Shown here: positions 1 to 11,591 of the stretch, one piece after another
Layout: each line of letters begins with the position of its first letter
How positions within the stretch are numbered: position 1 is the first letter of the stretch
IMG/VR virus record: IMGVR_UViG_3300042465_005589
Coordinates: 248,001 to 312,000 of that record
DNA length: 64,000 bases
Strand: one strand, 5' to 3'
Translations under genes and position numbers: made by a program
Notes under the pieces: generated by a model
Seen by the model: only the letters and a program-made list of their open reading frames with translations
Database searches by the model: none
Told to the model about the DNA's origin: nothing

Positions 1-3000
1 TTGACCAATAACGTTTAAACCATATACACTACTTGCTTGAGCACCATAAGAAACTGGTAATGGGTCTTCAAGACCATTCGGAGGTGGAGGACAACTTGGT
101 TTATAAGTTAACGCATTGTTATCTAATTTAGAATAATAACTAAATAATGGTGATGTAAATGATGAAAATGAAGGGGTGTCCGCTGTAAAATCAAACGTAT
201 CGAAATATAATTTTTCCCCAGAATATGAATCTGTCGCTAAATTATTTGGTAAATTATTTTCATCGTGACTTACATTCTTAAATTTACCCTGAATTGGATA
301 ATTCATTTTATAATTCCCTTCAATAATTAATGATGGGTCACTTCCTAAATTTTTACCAAATAAAATATTTAAATCGTATCTAATTTTTACTCTCGGTACA
401 TTAGGGTCAACACCTCTATTTAAGATTAAAACACATTGTTGGTCAGGGTCTTTTAAATAATTTATTGGTTTTTTTAATATCGGAAAATCTTGACTACCAT
501 CTTTAGTGTAATCACCAACCCAACAACCCGGAGTTATTTGACCTCCACCTGCCCATCTTTGAAGAAACATTTCATTAAATAAAAATCGTTCATTAAGAGA
601 ATTAGGTATTGATGTCCCACATTGACCACTAAATTCAGAATAAGTCATACCTGTTATAACTTGGAAATACTCCAAATCCATCGGGAATTTATAATAATTA
701 TTATAACCATTTGTTGTACCAGTAAATTCCGTTGAACCTGTTAACATAACATTATAATTAATCTGTACAGGTGTCCCCGCGAGATTAGGGTTAGCATAAT
801 AGAAAGAAACCTGAGTCATTCCTGTTGATGTAAATCCACTAATCGCTTGATTACCATAAGAATTTGTTACACCACTAAATAAATTAATATCTTTGGTTAA
901 TGTAGGATTTTGGAATGAAATCATTTGACCAACACTTAAACTACTTAAACTATTTTTATCACATAAAATGACTATAGTGTTATCATAATGAAAATTAGTA
1001 GTTTGAGTTGGTGGATTATTATCTGGGTCAAATGTCACTTTTATTCTATTAACACCACCTCCCGGATTTACGCCAGGTGAGTTATCAAAATATTTCGCTT
1101 TTGTATTAAATAAATTTATTCTTTCCGCCAAAGTTAAATTAGATGAAAATATATAATCATTTTCTTGACTACCATTAAGTTCATAAACTATTTCCTGTAC
1201 TTTGGGAATACCAACACTATTATCGCTATCACCAGCAGGTATTTTACCTGAATATATTGATGTAACAGCATTTTTTATATAAGATTCTACTGAATTACCT
1301 GGAATTTTATATAAAGGACTACTAACACCTAACAAAACTAAAGATGACGATAACGCATTATCCGGTTTAGGGTCAAGATATATATACGGACAAGGAAATT
1401 CCTCAGTTGAATCACCTGAAATATCTGAAACGGAAGCCGTGGCATCTTCACTCACAGTACCTTCAGTACTTGGTGTTTGACCAACAGAACAATCGCATAA
1501 ATCACAATCCGGATAAGTCAACATAGGCAATGAAATACCTTTTAAATCCATCTTCCATAATTCCTTTAATATAATAACAAAAGCCGCAATAAGTAATATA
1601 TAAAGAATAATTTGAAGAAGATACCCAACAATTAAACCTAACGCATATGGTACCGTTCCAACAACTAAAATTGCCGTATTAATTATTTGTACAGTATAAT
1701 AAAGTATTAACGCAGGTATCACTAATATTCTAAGCAACATTATTGTAAAATATAATAAGTGCATAGTTATTAATAATCCATACAGTACGGGTCTAAATAC
1801 CATCATTAAAAATGAGTATAAAATATAAATTATATCAAATCTCATATTGGAATCGTTTGTTGGAAATTTGTTGTTTTCACTATTACAACTATCATCTAAT
1901 ATATTTTTAATCCCAATAAATCTATCAGGTGTTATACCTTTTCTAAATTTATCAACTAACTGAGATACCGTATAAACTTTATTGTATTGCATTACATAAA
2001 ATTTATCGTCACAATCAATCGCCTCTTGAATCATTTGACGACCAATATTTGCACCACTACTATTAGACGTACCTGTATATCCATAATCAGCCCAATCTAA
2101 ACTAAACGCGTATGATTTCATAGCCAAGTCATACGGTGAATTTAATGCTCTATTAGAATCACTCAATGGGTCTGAACCACTACTAGTCCACCCATGTTCT
2201 CTAACATTTGGTACAATAAAGTAACCTCTTTTAATTTGTTCTGATAATGATGGTGACTGGTCCCATTTTACTTTAAAACGACATTTGGCTCTTGTTGGAA
2301 CACCTTTTTTAGGGTCGTTTGATAAAACTTGTTCACCAAATTCATTTGTAATGTAATAATCCAAATTCATTGGGATATCAATTAACCATGTCCCATTTGA
2401 ATCAATTACTTTACCACCCTCATCTAAATCAAAAGATTCCAATATTGGTCTACCATATTCATCTTGGAATATTGTTTGACGTATACCTAAAATTTCTCCG
2501 GGACCCGTTGTTAAACTACATAAATAACCCGCATTACCCCTAACTTGACAGGTTCGTTTTAAAGCATCATCATCAGTTGTAGAAACTATGGAACCCATAA
2601 AAATAGCTGTAGGATTAATGTCAATCCCTGCTTCAGATGACAAATCAAAATCAGTTCTTGTAATCCCTAAATTACATATTTGAGGTTGCCCCCATAAAGG
2701 TTCAACTTCAACTGTTCTATTAATTGTAACAATTTGAGGTAAACTTCTTAAATTTGTCGATGATTTAAATGTAACGCCCGCAACTTGTGATGGTGTTGCA
2801 ATACCCATTCTTATTAAATCTTGAGGCGATAATGAAAATTCACCAATATCCGATAAATCAATATCAACAACAATTGTTTGACTACCGGTTGGTAATCCAA
2901 ATATCATATAATCACCACTTGTATTAGTTACTGTGGAAAATTTATAGTACTTATCATAAACTTGGATTAATGTTGGGTCAACTAACACATCTTTTCTAGT

Positions 3001-3366
3001 GAAAAAAGTTCCTGTTGGTATATGACCACTATGGGATTGTGTATAAGGTAATAAATTATAACGATATCCGTCATCATTAAGGTCGGAAAGTGATTTATAT
3101 GGATATAACTCGGAAATTACGGGGTCTAATTCATCAGTACTATCTAATGGTACAAATATTGAAACTTTAGCATTTGGGATACCAAAACCATTATTAACAC
3201 TAACTCTACCAACAAGTACTCCGTAATCAGAGCATTGTCTAGTGTAAATTTGACTTTGTAATATTTTTAGAGATAATATTTCTAAATACTCAAATTCTTG
3301 GTCTATCAAGACATTAAGTGATTTATCAACACCAGGCTCAGTTCTTATTCTAAATGAATTGGACAT
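1..3366 (-). CDS. Large putative baseplate/tail-associated structural protein, truncated at the window edge (>1122 aa), with an internal hydrophobic multi-helix segment
   Basis: Not in the ORF track. ATG at 3366 reads MSNSFRIRTEPGVDKSLNVLIDQEFEYLEILSL...YGVLVGRVSVNNGFGIPNAKVSIFVP. The frame was spot-checked at 1845 and 1515, not read codon by codon. TATTTAT motif upstream; lies in the baseplate cluster. Confidence 0.7.
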   Translation of the reverse strand, partial: MSNSFRIRTEPGVDKSLNVLIDQEFEYLEILSLKILQSQIYTRQCSDYGVLVGRVSVNNGFGIPNAKVSIFVPLDSTDELDPVISELYPYKSLSDLNDDGYRYNLLPYTQSHSGHIPTGTFFTRKDVLVDPTLIQVYDKYYKFSTVTNTSGDYMIFGLPTGSQTIVVDIDLSDIGEFSLSPQDLIRMGIATPSQVAGVTFKSSTNLRSLPQIVTINRTVEVEPLWGQPQICNLGITRTDFDLSSEAGIDINPTAIFMGSIVSTTDDDALKRTCQVRGNAGYLCSLTTGPGEILGIRQTIFQDEYGRPILESFDLDEGGKVIDSNGTWLIDIPMNLDYYITNEFGEQVLSNDPKKGVPTRAKCRFKVKWDQSPSLSEQIKRGYFIVPNVREHGWTSSGSDPLSDSNRALNSPYDLAMKSYAFSLDWADYGYTGTSNSSGANIGRQMIQEAIDCDDKFYVMQYNKVYTVSQLVDKFRKGITPDRFIGIKNILDDSCNSENNKFPTNDSNMRFDIIYILYSFLMMVFRPVLYGLLITMHLLYFTIMLLRILVIPALILYYTVQIINTAILVVGTVPYALGLIVGYLLQIILYILLIAAFVIILKELWKMDLKGISLPMLTYPDCDLCDCSVGQTPSTEGTVSEDATASVSDISGDSTEEFPCPYIYLDPKPDNALSSSLVLLGVSSPLYKIPGNSVESYIKNAVTSIYSGKIPAGDSDNSVGIPKVQEIVYELNGSQENDYIFSSNLTLAERINLFNTKAKYFDNSPGVNPGGGVNRIKVTFDPDNNPPTQTTNFHYDNTIVILCDKNSLSSLSVGQMISFQNPTLTKDINLFSGVTNSYGNQAISGFTSTGMTQVSFYYANPNLAGTPVQINYNVMLTGSTEFTGTTNGYNNYYKFPMDLEYFQVITGMTYSEFSGQCGTSIPNSLNERFLFNEMFLQRWAGGGQITPGCWVGDYTKDGSQDFPILKKPINYLKDPDQQCVLILNRGVDPNVPRVKIRYDLNILFGKNLGSDPSLIIEGNYKMNYPIQGKFKNVSHDENNLPNNLATDSYSGEKLYFDTFDFTADTPSFSSFTSPLFSYYSKLDNNALTYKPSCPPPPNGLEDPLPVSYGAQASSVYGLNVIGQ

Positions 3367-3440
3367 AATAATCTTTTTTAATAAATAGTTTATATACTAT
3401 TTTCAAAAGATAATTCATTATTTAATAAAATAAATTATGA

Positions 3441-4355
3441 TTAAAACTTATATTTCTTAATCTCACTTATCGGATTAACCCCTTTTTCAATAAAATCTTT
3501 TAATAATTGATTAATTTTAAGATAAGTAACATTATCAATAGTAGTATGTGTAGTATTTTTTATTTCAATGTTAACATAATTCACATTATTTGACGATGTT
3601 GATTTACCCCCTGAATTTGTAAAAAATATGAACTCATCACTATATTCAGTTGAAGTTAAATTAATTAATCTATTTATATTTGTAGGGATATTATAGTCAA
3701 CATTGTTTTCTTTTTTATTTGCCGGGTCAATTAAAATAGTCAAATCAATATTAATTTTTTGTTTTTTCAATTCACTTACAACTTGAATAACATTGTATCC
3801 TCCAATACTATGTCCAACCATAATAACTTTCCCATTTGGATTAAATAACTTGTAGTAATAAATCACACTATAAACATCTTCAGGTGTTAAGTTTTCACTA
3901 TGTGAACTCACATAAGTTAAAACTTGAGTATCTTTTGTAAAATTTTTTGATTTAATATATCCCAACCCATTTTCATCACGAGAATTTGTAACGTCAACTT
4001 GAGTTTTGTTTTTAGAGATAAAATCCTTAAATGGATTATTAACCCCTTGTATCACTATAATTAAATTATTTGTAGTTTTTTTAACATGTTCTATGTTATA
4101 TTTTTTAGTCTCAGATTGTCTATCACTATAAATGTTTGTAGATTCATACCCAATCAAGGTCATAAAAAAAATACACATTAATGTTGGGAATATTTTAATA
4201 TTTGTTTTGTTTTTAATAACAATTATTAAATAATGTATAAAAAATGGTATTCCTATCCAAAGTCTAATATGTAAAATTAAACTAATAACGATAGCTTGAA
4301 TCCAAGTACCATTATTACCTTTTATAGCGTCTAAAAATTGTAAAATATAATCCAT
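3441..4355 (-). CDS. Membrane-anchored alpha/beta hydrolase (lipase/esterase-like)
   Basis: GHSIG nucleophile elbow (GxSxG), ILIDPA, late His (THTTID); two to three N-terminal hydrophobic segments. Confidence 0.7.
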   Translation of the reverse strand: MDYILQFLDAIKGNNGTWIQAIVISLILHIRLWIGIPFFIHYLIIVIKNKTNIKIFPTLMCIFFMTLIGYESTNIYSDRQSETKKYNIEHVKKTTNNLIIVIQGVNNPFKDFISKNKTQVDVTNSRDENGLGYIKSKNFTKDTQVLTYVSSHSENLTPEDVYSVIYYYKLFNPNGKVIMVGHSIGGYNVIQVVSELKKQKINIDLTILIDPANKKENNVDYNIPTNINRLINLTSTEYSDEFIFFTNSGGKSTSSNNVNYVNIEIKNTTHTTIDNVTYLKINQLLKDFIEKGVNPISEIKKYKF

Positions 4356-4409
4356 ATTATTTTGTTTGATTAATAATAAGGATAATTCAATAAATTTTAA
4401 AATAAATTG

Positions 4410-6248
4410 CTAAGAGAAATTAACCGTTTTAATATTTTTAACTCTAACATTAATATCTTTGTTTGGATATCTAACTTGATACACTTGTCTTGGTTCGGCA
4501 AAAATTGTATCATCAACTAATTCAATTTGTTTAGTTTCCGAATCAATATATCTTTGTGATGTTTGAGAGGAAGAATATTGACCCCCAACTTTATTAAAAA
4601 ATGTCATGTCAGAAACAGAAATAACCCCATTTTCACTTTGAACTAATCTTCTTAATTCTGATACATTAACATTTTCACCCATTTCTTGGTTTGTTGGGTC
4701 AAAATAATCAGTAATTATATTAATTATTTGAGATATAATTGAACCCTGATTTTGTGAATTATCTAACACAACATCAACATTTATTGCTAAATCAATAACA
4801 TTAGCACTTTCAATTGACACGTAATCATTAATCATTCTATAATTTGATAAATAATTCGCCACATTATTTTTTAATGTATTAGAAACTATTTCAGTTAATC
4901 TACCTGTTTCGTCATAAGATAACATTTGAACTTTAATCTTATTATTTTCTTCAGTTATCGCTACTTTAGCAGGAGCCCCAAATTGAGATGGCATTGTTCT
5001 TATTATGGATTCATAATCATTTATTGTAACCGCTCTATTTTGAGCCGTAAAGTTATATGATACTAAATTTCTAACCTCTTCCGTTGTTGGATAATTAGCC
5101 CCACCAATTGCCGCAGTAACATTATTACATCTCAATGAATTAACCACAGTTGTATTAACAGAATCTGATGGACCATTTACAAAAAATGAAACTGTACCTA
5201 TTTGAGTTATAACACCAACACCTAAATTAGTTCCTGAACCACCACCAATTCTATACTGAACAAATAAAGTAGTATTAGGTTTTAAAGTACTACCTAACGC
5301 AAAGTTATTTGAATATTTATATAAATTTAAAGGTTTTCCGTCTCGAGCAAATTCTCGTAATTGTTCATCCGCAGATTGTGTTCCACCACCAAAAGTCATT
5401 TTAAAAAAACCTTCCGGAGTAAATTCTGTTATAAATTTAGTTGCGGTAGTTACATATCTACCAACTTTAATACCGGGATTATCAGAAACTTTTGTTGGGT
5501 CTTCAATAAAAACTCTATCTTGAGCCAAGGCTTGTACTTCTAACCATCTGTTATCAACACCTAAAAATTCTTGGTTTGATGGGACATTCGCATATTGAGT
5601 ACCGTCTTTTAATAATACACTAGTTACACCTAAAACAGTTTTTTCAGGTAAAAATAATTCAAAAAATGGTTTTACATCATTTGCTGTAATAACTCTTTTA
5701 AAAACTTTGGTAATTCCATTAACAACAGTTTCTCGTTTAGTAATTGTATAATTTAATAATTTATTATTTGAATCAAAATTTGGTATTTTTAATCTATTAG
5801 GGAATCCTTCAGCATTTGAAGGCGATGAAAAATCAATATCATAAACCGTTTCAAATACTTGACCTGCACCGCTTACTTGAGAACCTCTACGTAGTATACC
5901 ACAATATCTTAAATCTTCTTTATCACCAAAAGCGGGTACTGTTATTGAAAAATCAACCAAAGCAACTGATGGTCTTTGACCCGGAACTTTTAATCCATAA
6001 GTCTTGGCAATATTAAAAACTGAAGACCTTTGTTGTGCATATTGTAATACAGTTTCCTGAATACTTCTATCAATATTAAATTGAAGGTTATCCGTAACCG
6101 CAGCATTTAAATCTAATAATACTGAGAATACACTCGCATCATTAAAGTTATCAACTAACTCTGGGTAATAAGTTCTAGTGAAGTTTATTAATTCAGTTCT
6201 AATTGATTGGAAGTCTCTCGTAGTATACGATATTTTTTTATTAGCCAT
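4410..6248 (-). CDS. Baseplate wedge subunit (T4 gp6 / baseplate J-like)
   Basis: N-terminal RDFQSIRTELINF, LQYAQQRSSVFNIAKTYG, and AQNRAVTINDY motif; follows the gp25-like gene. Confidence 0.85.
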   Translation of the reverse strand: MANKKISYTTRDFQSIRTELINFTRTYYPELVDNFNDASVFSVLLDLNAAVTDNLQFNIDRSIQETVLQYAQQRSSVFNIAKTYGLKVPGQRPSVALVDFSITVPAFGDKEDLRYCGILRRGSQVSGAGQVFETVYDIDFSSPSNAEGFPNRLKIPNFDSNNKLLNYTITKRETVVNGITKVFKRVITANDVKPFFELFLPEKTVLGVTSVLLKDGTQYANVPSNQEFLGVDNRWLEVQALAQDRVFIEDPTKVSDNPGIKVGRYVTTATKFITEFTPEGFFKMTFGGGTQSADEQLREFARDGKPLNLYKYSNNFALGSTLKPNTTLFVQYRIGGGSGTNLGVGVITQIGTVSFFVNGPSDSVNTTVVNSLRCNNVTAAIGGANYPTTEEVRNLVSYNFTAQNRAVTINDYESIIRTMPSQFGAPAKVAITEENNKIKVQMLSYDETGRLTEIVSNTLKNNVANYLSNYRMINDYVSIESANVIDLAINVDVVLDNSQNQGSIISQIINIITDYFDPTNQEMGENVNVSELRRLVQSENGVISVSDMTFFNKVGGQYSSSQTSQRYIDSETKQIELVDDTIFAEPRQVYQVRYPNKDINVRVKNIKTVNFS

Positions 6249-6253
6249 ATTCT

Positions 6254-6712
6254 TTAAATATTTAGGATTACAAAATCACTAGCGTTAAACACGTCATTAT
6301 TTATTTGATAATCTATTTTAACTTTCGCAGTATGTTCTTTAGTTCCAATACCCGGTACTCTAAAAACACGAGTATCGTATTGGTCAACATAAGTACCTTT
6401 ATCTTCTTCACCATCAGACGCTGCGGTGATACTTATATTTTTTATTGTTATTCCCGGTATATATTCTTCAACAGCATCTCTAATTTCCGCATCAATATCT
6501 GAAAAGGTTGGACCATCTAATGGTTCAAAAATAAATTCATATAGTCTTGTTCCAAAATCGGGTAAAAAATATCTACTTCCTTTTCTAGTTAATAATAAAT
6601 GTATTAAATCCGTTCTTGTTTCTTGAGTACTGTCTGTAGAAAGGTCTAAATACTTCCCATCATAAGAATCCCTAAAAGGGAAATTAATACCATATGTTTT
6701 TCCATCTGCCAT
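6254..6712 (-). CDS. Baseplate wedge protein gp25-like
   Basis: LLLTRKGSRYFLPDFGTRLYEFIFEP motif. Start moved to MADGKTYGINFPF at 6712, just after a TATTTAT motif. Confidence 0.85.
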   Translation of the reverse strand: MADGKTYGINFPFRDSYDGKYLDLSTDSTQETRTDLIHLLLTRKGSRYFLPDFGTRLYEFIFEPLDGPTFSDIDAEIRDAVEEYIPGITIKNISITAASDGEEDKGTYVDQYDTRVFRVPGIGTKEHTAKVKIDYQINNDVFNASDFVILNI

Positions 6713-6760
6713 ATCTATAAATATAGTGTCATAATTATTTCTTATAAATAGAGTAAAATA

Positions 6761-6785
6761 AAAAATCACGACCGAAGTCGTGATT
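6761..6785 (-). terminator. Intrinsic terminator with cUUCGg tetraloop after nrdA
   Basis: Minus strand AATCACGAC-TTCG-GTCGTGATT followed by a T run. Confidence 0.85.
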
Positions 6786-6809
6786 AATGTTATAATTATT
6801 TTATTTTAA

Positions 6810-9224
6810 TTAAGAACCACATCCAAAACACTCAAATTCAGTATCTGTTGGTTTTGTAGTCAAATCAACTGTTGGTTTCTCAACTGTCTTTGGTTGTTGA
6901 ATTTTTGTAATGTCAACCGCCAAGTGTTTTGCTCCGGTAGATATCGCTTTTGTTCTAACATAATAACAAAGAGTTTTCAATCCTTTACCCCAAGAATGGA
7001 AGTGAGATGATGAAATCTTTGATAATGTTGGTTCAGACATATAGATATTCATCGATTGTGATTGGTCTATGAATGGTGCTCTGTCTGCCGCCATATCAAT
7101 AAGTTCTCTTTGTGATATTTCCCAAATCGTTCTATATTTTGGAATCAAATGTTCAATTCGTTTTACCTTCTTATTGTAATTCTTATCTTCCGGGTCCAAA
7201 TAGTGATTAAAGTTAATATTTTGAACAGACCCTTCATTCATAATGATTTCATTCTTCAAATCCTCACACCAAACACCTAACTTTTCAAAATCGTTAATTA
7301 AGTATTTGTTAACTATTAAGATTTCACCCCCAACTACACGACGATTAAATAATGCTGAGTGAGCTGGTTCTGTCATTTCAAATGAACCTGTAATCTTAGC
7401 AGAAGATGCTACTGGCATCTGAGCTGTGAATAACGAGTTACAAACCCCGTGATTGGATACTTCTAACTTAAGTGAGTCCCAATCCCACATTCTTCCTAAT
7501 CCTTCGTAATCTAACCCCCACATATCAAATTGGAATATACCTTTTGACATTGGTGACCCATTAAAGAAGTCGTATGGTTTGTATTCACCTGTTTTACATA
7601 GGTTCATACTTTCGGTGATTGCTGCGAAGTAGATTGTTTCAAAAATCTCTTTATTAAGTTTCTTCGCTTCTTCAGTTGTAAAGATATAATCCATTAAGAA
7701 GAATACATCAGCAAGACCTTGTGTTCCAATGGCAATCGCTCTTTGTTCCAACCCACCTTTTCTTCCTTGTTCAGTTGAATAACTATTGATGTCAACAACT
7801 TTGTTAAGTGCTCTAACAACCTTTCTAACTTCACTATAAAGTAATTTGAAATCAAACTCTCCTTTTATGATGAAGTTCTTCAATACCATAGATGATAACG
7901 TACAGATTGCTGTGGTATTCTCATCGGTGAATTGGTAAATCTCATTACATAGGTTAGATTGTTTAATCACTCCAATGTTTTGATGGTTTGTCTTTCTGTT
8001 GGCACTATCTTTAGAACATAAGTAAGGAACTCCGGTTTCAACCTGAGATTCAATAATCTTATTCCAAATTGTTTGTGCTTTCACTTTCTTACCTAAACCA
8101 AGTTCAACCGCTTTGTTGTAATTTGATTCATACTCATCACCGTAAGCTTCTTGTAATGGTTTGATACCCGCTTTGATAATGTCGTTAGGACAGAACAAAT
8201 ACCAATCATCATTGTTCTTAACTGCGTTCATAAAGTTGTCCGGTAACCAAATTGAGGTAAATAAATCTTTAGCTCTCAATTCTTCTGCCCCCGTATTCTT
8301 TTTGATTTCAAGTAAATCAATAATGTCTTTATGCCAAGGTTCAATATAGATAGCTGCACTTCCCGGTCTTCTACCTTGTTGATTAAAGAATCTTAACCCT
8401 TCATTAACAATCTTTAGGTATTTCAATAAACCACCCGCAAATCCTCCTGATGAGTTAATACGACTCTCTTTACTACGAATGTTAGACATACATAAACCAA
8501 TTCCAGCCGCATCTGACGAATAGGTTGAAATGTCATTAAATGTATCCAACAAACCTTGTCTTGAATCTCCGTTATTGTACTTCAATACACAAGACGCTAG
8601 TTGAGGTGTTTTGGTACCTGCATTAATCATAATTGGTGTTGCCGGAGAGATAAGTTGATTCGATAACGAATTATAGTATTCAACCGCCTCTTCAAATGAT
8701 TTAGTCACCCATAAAGCAACTCTCATATACATATGTTGTGGTCTTTCAACTACAACACCTTTAGGTGTTTTCAACAAATACATTTCCTGTAATGATTTCC
8801 ACGCAAAATAATCAAAATTGTAATCATTCTCGTGATTTATTACAGAATCAATATCACCCCAACCATATTCGTTAATTGTATCGATTAAGATATCGTTAAT
8901 AACTCCATCCTCGTGTAAACGTTTCATAGTATTACAGAAACTTTCATCAGTCTCTTTGTGATACGCAGATATTGCCACAGATGACGCTAGTCTTGAGTAA
9001 TCGTGATGACTACCGGTATAAGCCGCAGCAATCTCGTAAACCAATTTATCTAACTCTTTAGTGGTAATAACACCTTCAGTTGGAACCGAAGTGATTACTT
9101 TAATGAATACCTCATCAGCATTTACGTTCAACCCTTTGGCTGCTCTCTTTACTCTGTTGTATATTTTTTGGGGGTTAAAGGAAACCTCATCTCCCCCTCT
9201 TTTTCTTATTTTTAGTGACATCAT
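6810..9224 (-). CDS. nrdA: Class Ia ribonucleotide reductase alpha subunit with ATP cone
   Basis: N-terminal ATP cone, SPATP, QLASC, SNLCNEI, MPVASS, YYVRT and C-terminal CxxC (CFGCGS). Confidence 0.97.
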   Translation of the reverse strand: MMSLKIRKRGGDEVSFNPQKIYNRVKRAAKGLNVNADEVFIKVITSVPTEGVITTKELDKLVYEIAAAYTGSHHDYSRLASSVAISAYHKETDESFCNTMKRLHEDGVINDILIDTINEYGWGDIDSVINHENDYNFDYFAWKSLQEMYLLKTPKGVVVERPQHMYMRVALWVTKSFEEAVEYYNSLSNQLISPATPIMINAGTKTPQLASCVLKYNNGDSRQGLLDTFNDISTYSSDAAGIGLCMSNIRSKESRINSSGGFAGGLLKYLKIVNEGLRFFNQQGRRPGSAAIYIEPWHKDIIDLLEIKKNTGAEELRAKDLFTSIWLPDNFMNAVKNNDDWYLFCPNDIIKAGIKPLQEAYGDEYESNYNKAVELGLGKKVKAQTIWNKIIESQVETGVPYLCSKDSANRKTNHQNIGVIKQSNLCNEIYQFTDENTTAICTLSSMVLKNFIIKGEFDFKLLYSEVRKVVRALNKVVDINSYSTEQGRKGGLEQRAIAIGTQGLADVFFLMDYIFTTEEAKKLNKEIFETIYFAAITESMNLCKTGEYKPYDFFNGSPMSKGIFQFDMWGLDYEGLGRMWDWDSLKLEVSNHGVCNSLFTAQMPVASSAKITGSFEMTEPAHSALFNRRVVGGEILIVNKYLINDFEKLGVWCEDLKNEIIMNEGSVQNINFNHYLDPEDKNYNKKVKRIEHLIPKYRTIWEISQRELIDMAADRAPFIDQSQSMNIYMSEPTLSKISSSHFHSWGKGLKTLCYYVRTKAISTGAKHLAVDITKIQQPKTVEKPTVDLTTKPTDTEFECFGCGS

Positions 9225-9225
9225 A

Positions 9226-10176
9226 TTAAAAATCCTCTGTGAATGTTAATGACTCTCCTAACTTAGCTTTTTGGTACTCCATAGTTCTTGATTCAAAAAA
9301 GTTACCTTTTGTTTCAACAGCAATTTGTTCCATAAATTTGAATGGTTGTTCAACATTAAAATGTTTCTTACATCCAAACTTAACTAGTAGTCCGTCAGTT
9401 ACGAATTCAAGATATTGTTTCATCAAGTTTGAATTCATACCAATTAAAGATACAGGTAATGATTCAGTAATAAACTCTTTTTCAATCTCTAACGCTGATA
9501 ATAAGATTTCTTTAATTCTTTTCTCCGTTGGTTTGTTTTCAACGTGATTGTTAATCAAATGAATTGCAAAATCACAGTGTAAATTCTCATCTTTGAAAAT
9601 AAGACTATTAGCGTTACATAATCCCTGCATAATTCCTCTTGATTTCATCCAAAAAATAGAACAGAACGACCCTGAGAAGAAAATTCCTTCAACCGCCGCG
9701 AACGCAACTAATCTTTCTTGGAAAGAAGCGTTCTCAATCCAATCAAGAGCCCATTTAGCTTTCTTTTGAACCGCTGGTAATCTATCAATTGCGTGGAAAC
9801 ATTCGTCTTTCTCTGTCTCATCAGATACATAAGTATCAATCAATAATGAGTACATTAACGAGTGAATGTTCTCCATCATAATTTGGAATCCGTAGAAGAA
9901 TTTTGCTTCAGCATACTGAACTTCTTTTAAGAAATTCTCCGCCAAGTTTTCATTTACAATACCATCAGACGCTGCGAAAAACGCTAATACATTTTTAAGG
10001 AAAAATCTTTCGTTATCAGATAGGTTTTCCCAATCTCTAATATCGTTAGATAAATCCACTTCTTCAGCTGTCCAAAACGCTGCTTGGTGTTGTTTGTAAT
10101 ATTCCCAAATGTCGTTATGTTCTATTGGGAAGATAACGAATCTGTCATTGTTTGGTTCTAATATTTTTTCTTTCAT
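9226..10176 (-). CDS. nrdB: Ribonucleotide reductase beta subunit
   Basis: [46 protein letters not shown] motifs. Confidence 0.97.
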   Translation of the reverse strand: MKEKILEPNNDRFVIFPIEHNDIWEYYKQHQAAFWTAEEVDLSNDIRDWENLSDNERFFLKNVLAFFAASDGIVNENLAENFLKEVQYAEAKFFYGFQIMMENIHSLMYSLLIDTYVSDETEKDECFHAIDRLPAVQKKAKWALDWIENASFQERLVAFAAVEGIFFSGSFCSIFWMKSRGIMQGLCNANSLIFKDENLHCDFAIHLINNHVENKPTEKRIKEILLSALEIEKEFITESLPVSLIGMNSNLMKQYLEFVTDGLLVKFGCKKHFNVEQPFKFMEQIAVETKGNFFESRTMEYQKAKLGESLTFTEDF

Positions 10177-10177
10177 A

Positions 10178-11563
10178 TTAATTATTTTGTTGTTGGTTTT
10201 TTTCTTTTCTCTTGTCTAACAAGTCCTTGATTCTCTGTCTATTTCTTTCTTCGGTTTGTTCTTCTAAACCTAAGAATGTTACCGAACTTTCAGTATCAAT
10301 CTCCAACATACCATTATCAAATTTACAATTCTCAAATACAACACCATCATCACCAATACGGGATTTAGTTATTGCTATCGTCGCCAATTTCATTTCTTTT
10401 TGTTGTAGAGATTTAGCCACGGAAATAATTACGTGTCCAACCTGAGCTTTCTTGATAGAACCACCCATTTGGTCGGTTGTTACAACATCTGACGATATTG
10501 AACTTCTATTACCCTGAGTTGCTGTCCATCCTACCAAATCAAGTTCGTGACACATAGATTCAAAACCTCTCATCACAGACCCTTCAGATTTCCATTCATC
10601 CCCCAAGTTTTTATCCGGAACCACACAATCAATGTAGTCTAACAATACCATATCAATTTTGATTCCTTCTGAAATCATTTTTCTGATTTGATTCTTAATC
10701 TGCATCATTGTTATTGTATCAGAGGGTAATTTTTTAAGTATCAATTCATTAGGCATTTTCTCCTTAATTTCTTGAACTTTAATCATAACCTCTTCTTTTT
10801 TTATCGACAATTCATCCGGATGAATCTTTGTCCATAATGTAATGTGTTTACGTTGGATAATCTTTGGGTTATCCTCAAAGAATATTTGTAAAACGTTATA
10901 CCCCAAATTAAATGCGTGATTTGCAATTTTTGTAAGTAAGGTAGATTTACCTACCCCTGTTGGTGCTAAAATAACACCGATTTCACCCTTAGCCAACCCC
11001 CCTTTTAAGAGTCTATCTATACCCGGAATACCCATCGGTATCGGATGACGATAATCTTCGTTTAGAACATCATCTAAGTTACTAAAAACACTTTCCGTTC
11101 CCTTATCGTGTTCCCCAACTTGTAATGCCTTACTAACCATTTCCTCTAATGTGTCATAACTCTCAAATTCACCGGTGTCGATGATTTTTTGAGCTTTAAC
11201 CATTACTTTCTGTAACTCCTGTTGCTTACAGAACTTCATCGATTTTTCTTGTACAAATTCAGCACCTTCAAGCGTGGACTCCTTAACTTTTGTAAGGGTA
11301 TCAATAATGATTTTAGCCGCTAGAGGTTGTTGTATCTCAGATTTTGTAATTTGTTCTAATGTGTCAAAGGTTGGTGTGTGTTCGTATTTTGTGTAATATT
11401 CTTTAATCATTTGAATGATTAATTTGAAGTATTTATTCTCAAAATAACTTGTTTCAATCACATCTATAATAGACCTTGAGAAGTCTTTGTCGATAATGAT
11501 TTGGTTTAATAATTGTATCTGAAAGGTACTCCCCAGATACTCGAAATTTTTGTTTGACGCCAT
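10178..11563 (-). CDS. dnaB: Replicative DNA helicase (DnaB / T4 gp41-like)
   Basis: Walker [28 protein letters not shown] motifs. Confidence 0.9.
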   Translation of the reverse strand: MASNKNFEYLGSTFQIQLLNQIIIDKDFSRSIIDVIETSYFENKYFKLIIQMIKEYYTKYEHTPTFDTLEQITKSEIQQPLAAKIIIDTLTKVKESTLEGAEFVQEKSMKFCKQQELQKVMVKAQKIIDTGEFESYDTLEEMVSKALQVGEHDKGTESVFSNLDDVLNEDYRHPIPMGIPGIDRLLKGGLAKGEIGVILAPTGVGKSTLLTKIANHAFNLGYNVLQIFFEDNPKIIQRKHITLWTKIHPDELSIKKEEVMIKVQEIKEKMPNELILKKLPSDTITMMQIKNQIRKMISEGIKIDMVLLDYIDCVVPDKNLGDEWKSEGSVMRGFESMCHELDLVGWTATQGNRSSISSDVVTTDQMGGSIKKAQVGHVIISVAKSLQQKEMKLATIAITKSRIGDDGVVFENCKFDNGMLEIDTESSVTFLGLEEQTEERNRQRIKDLLDKRKEKNQQQNN

Positions 11564-11591
11564 ATTTTTTCTTTTAGTGTATTAATAAATA

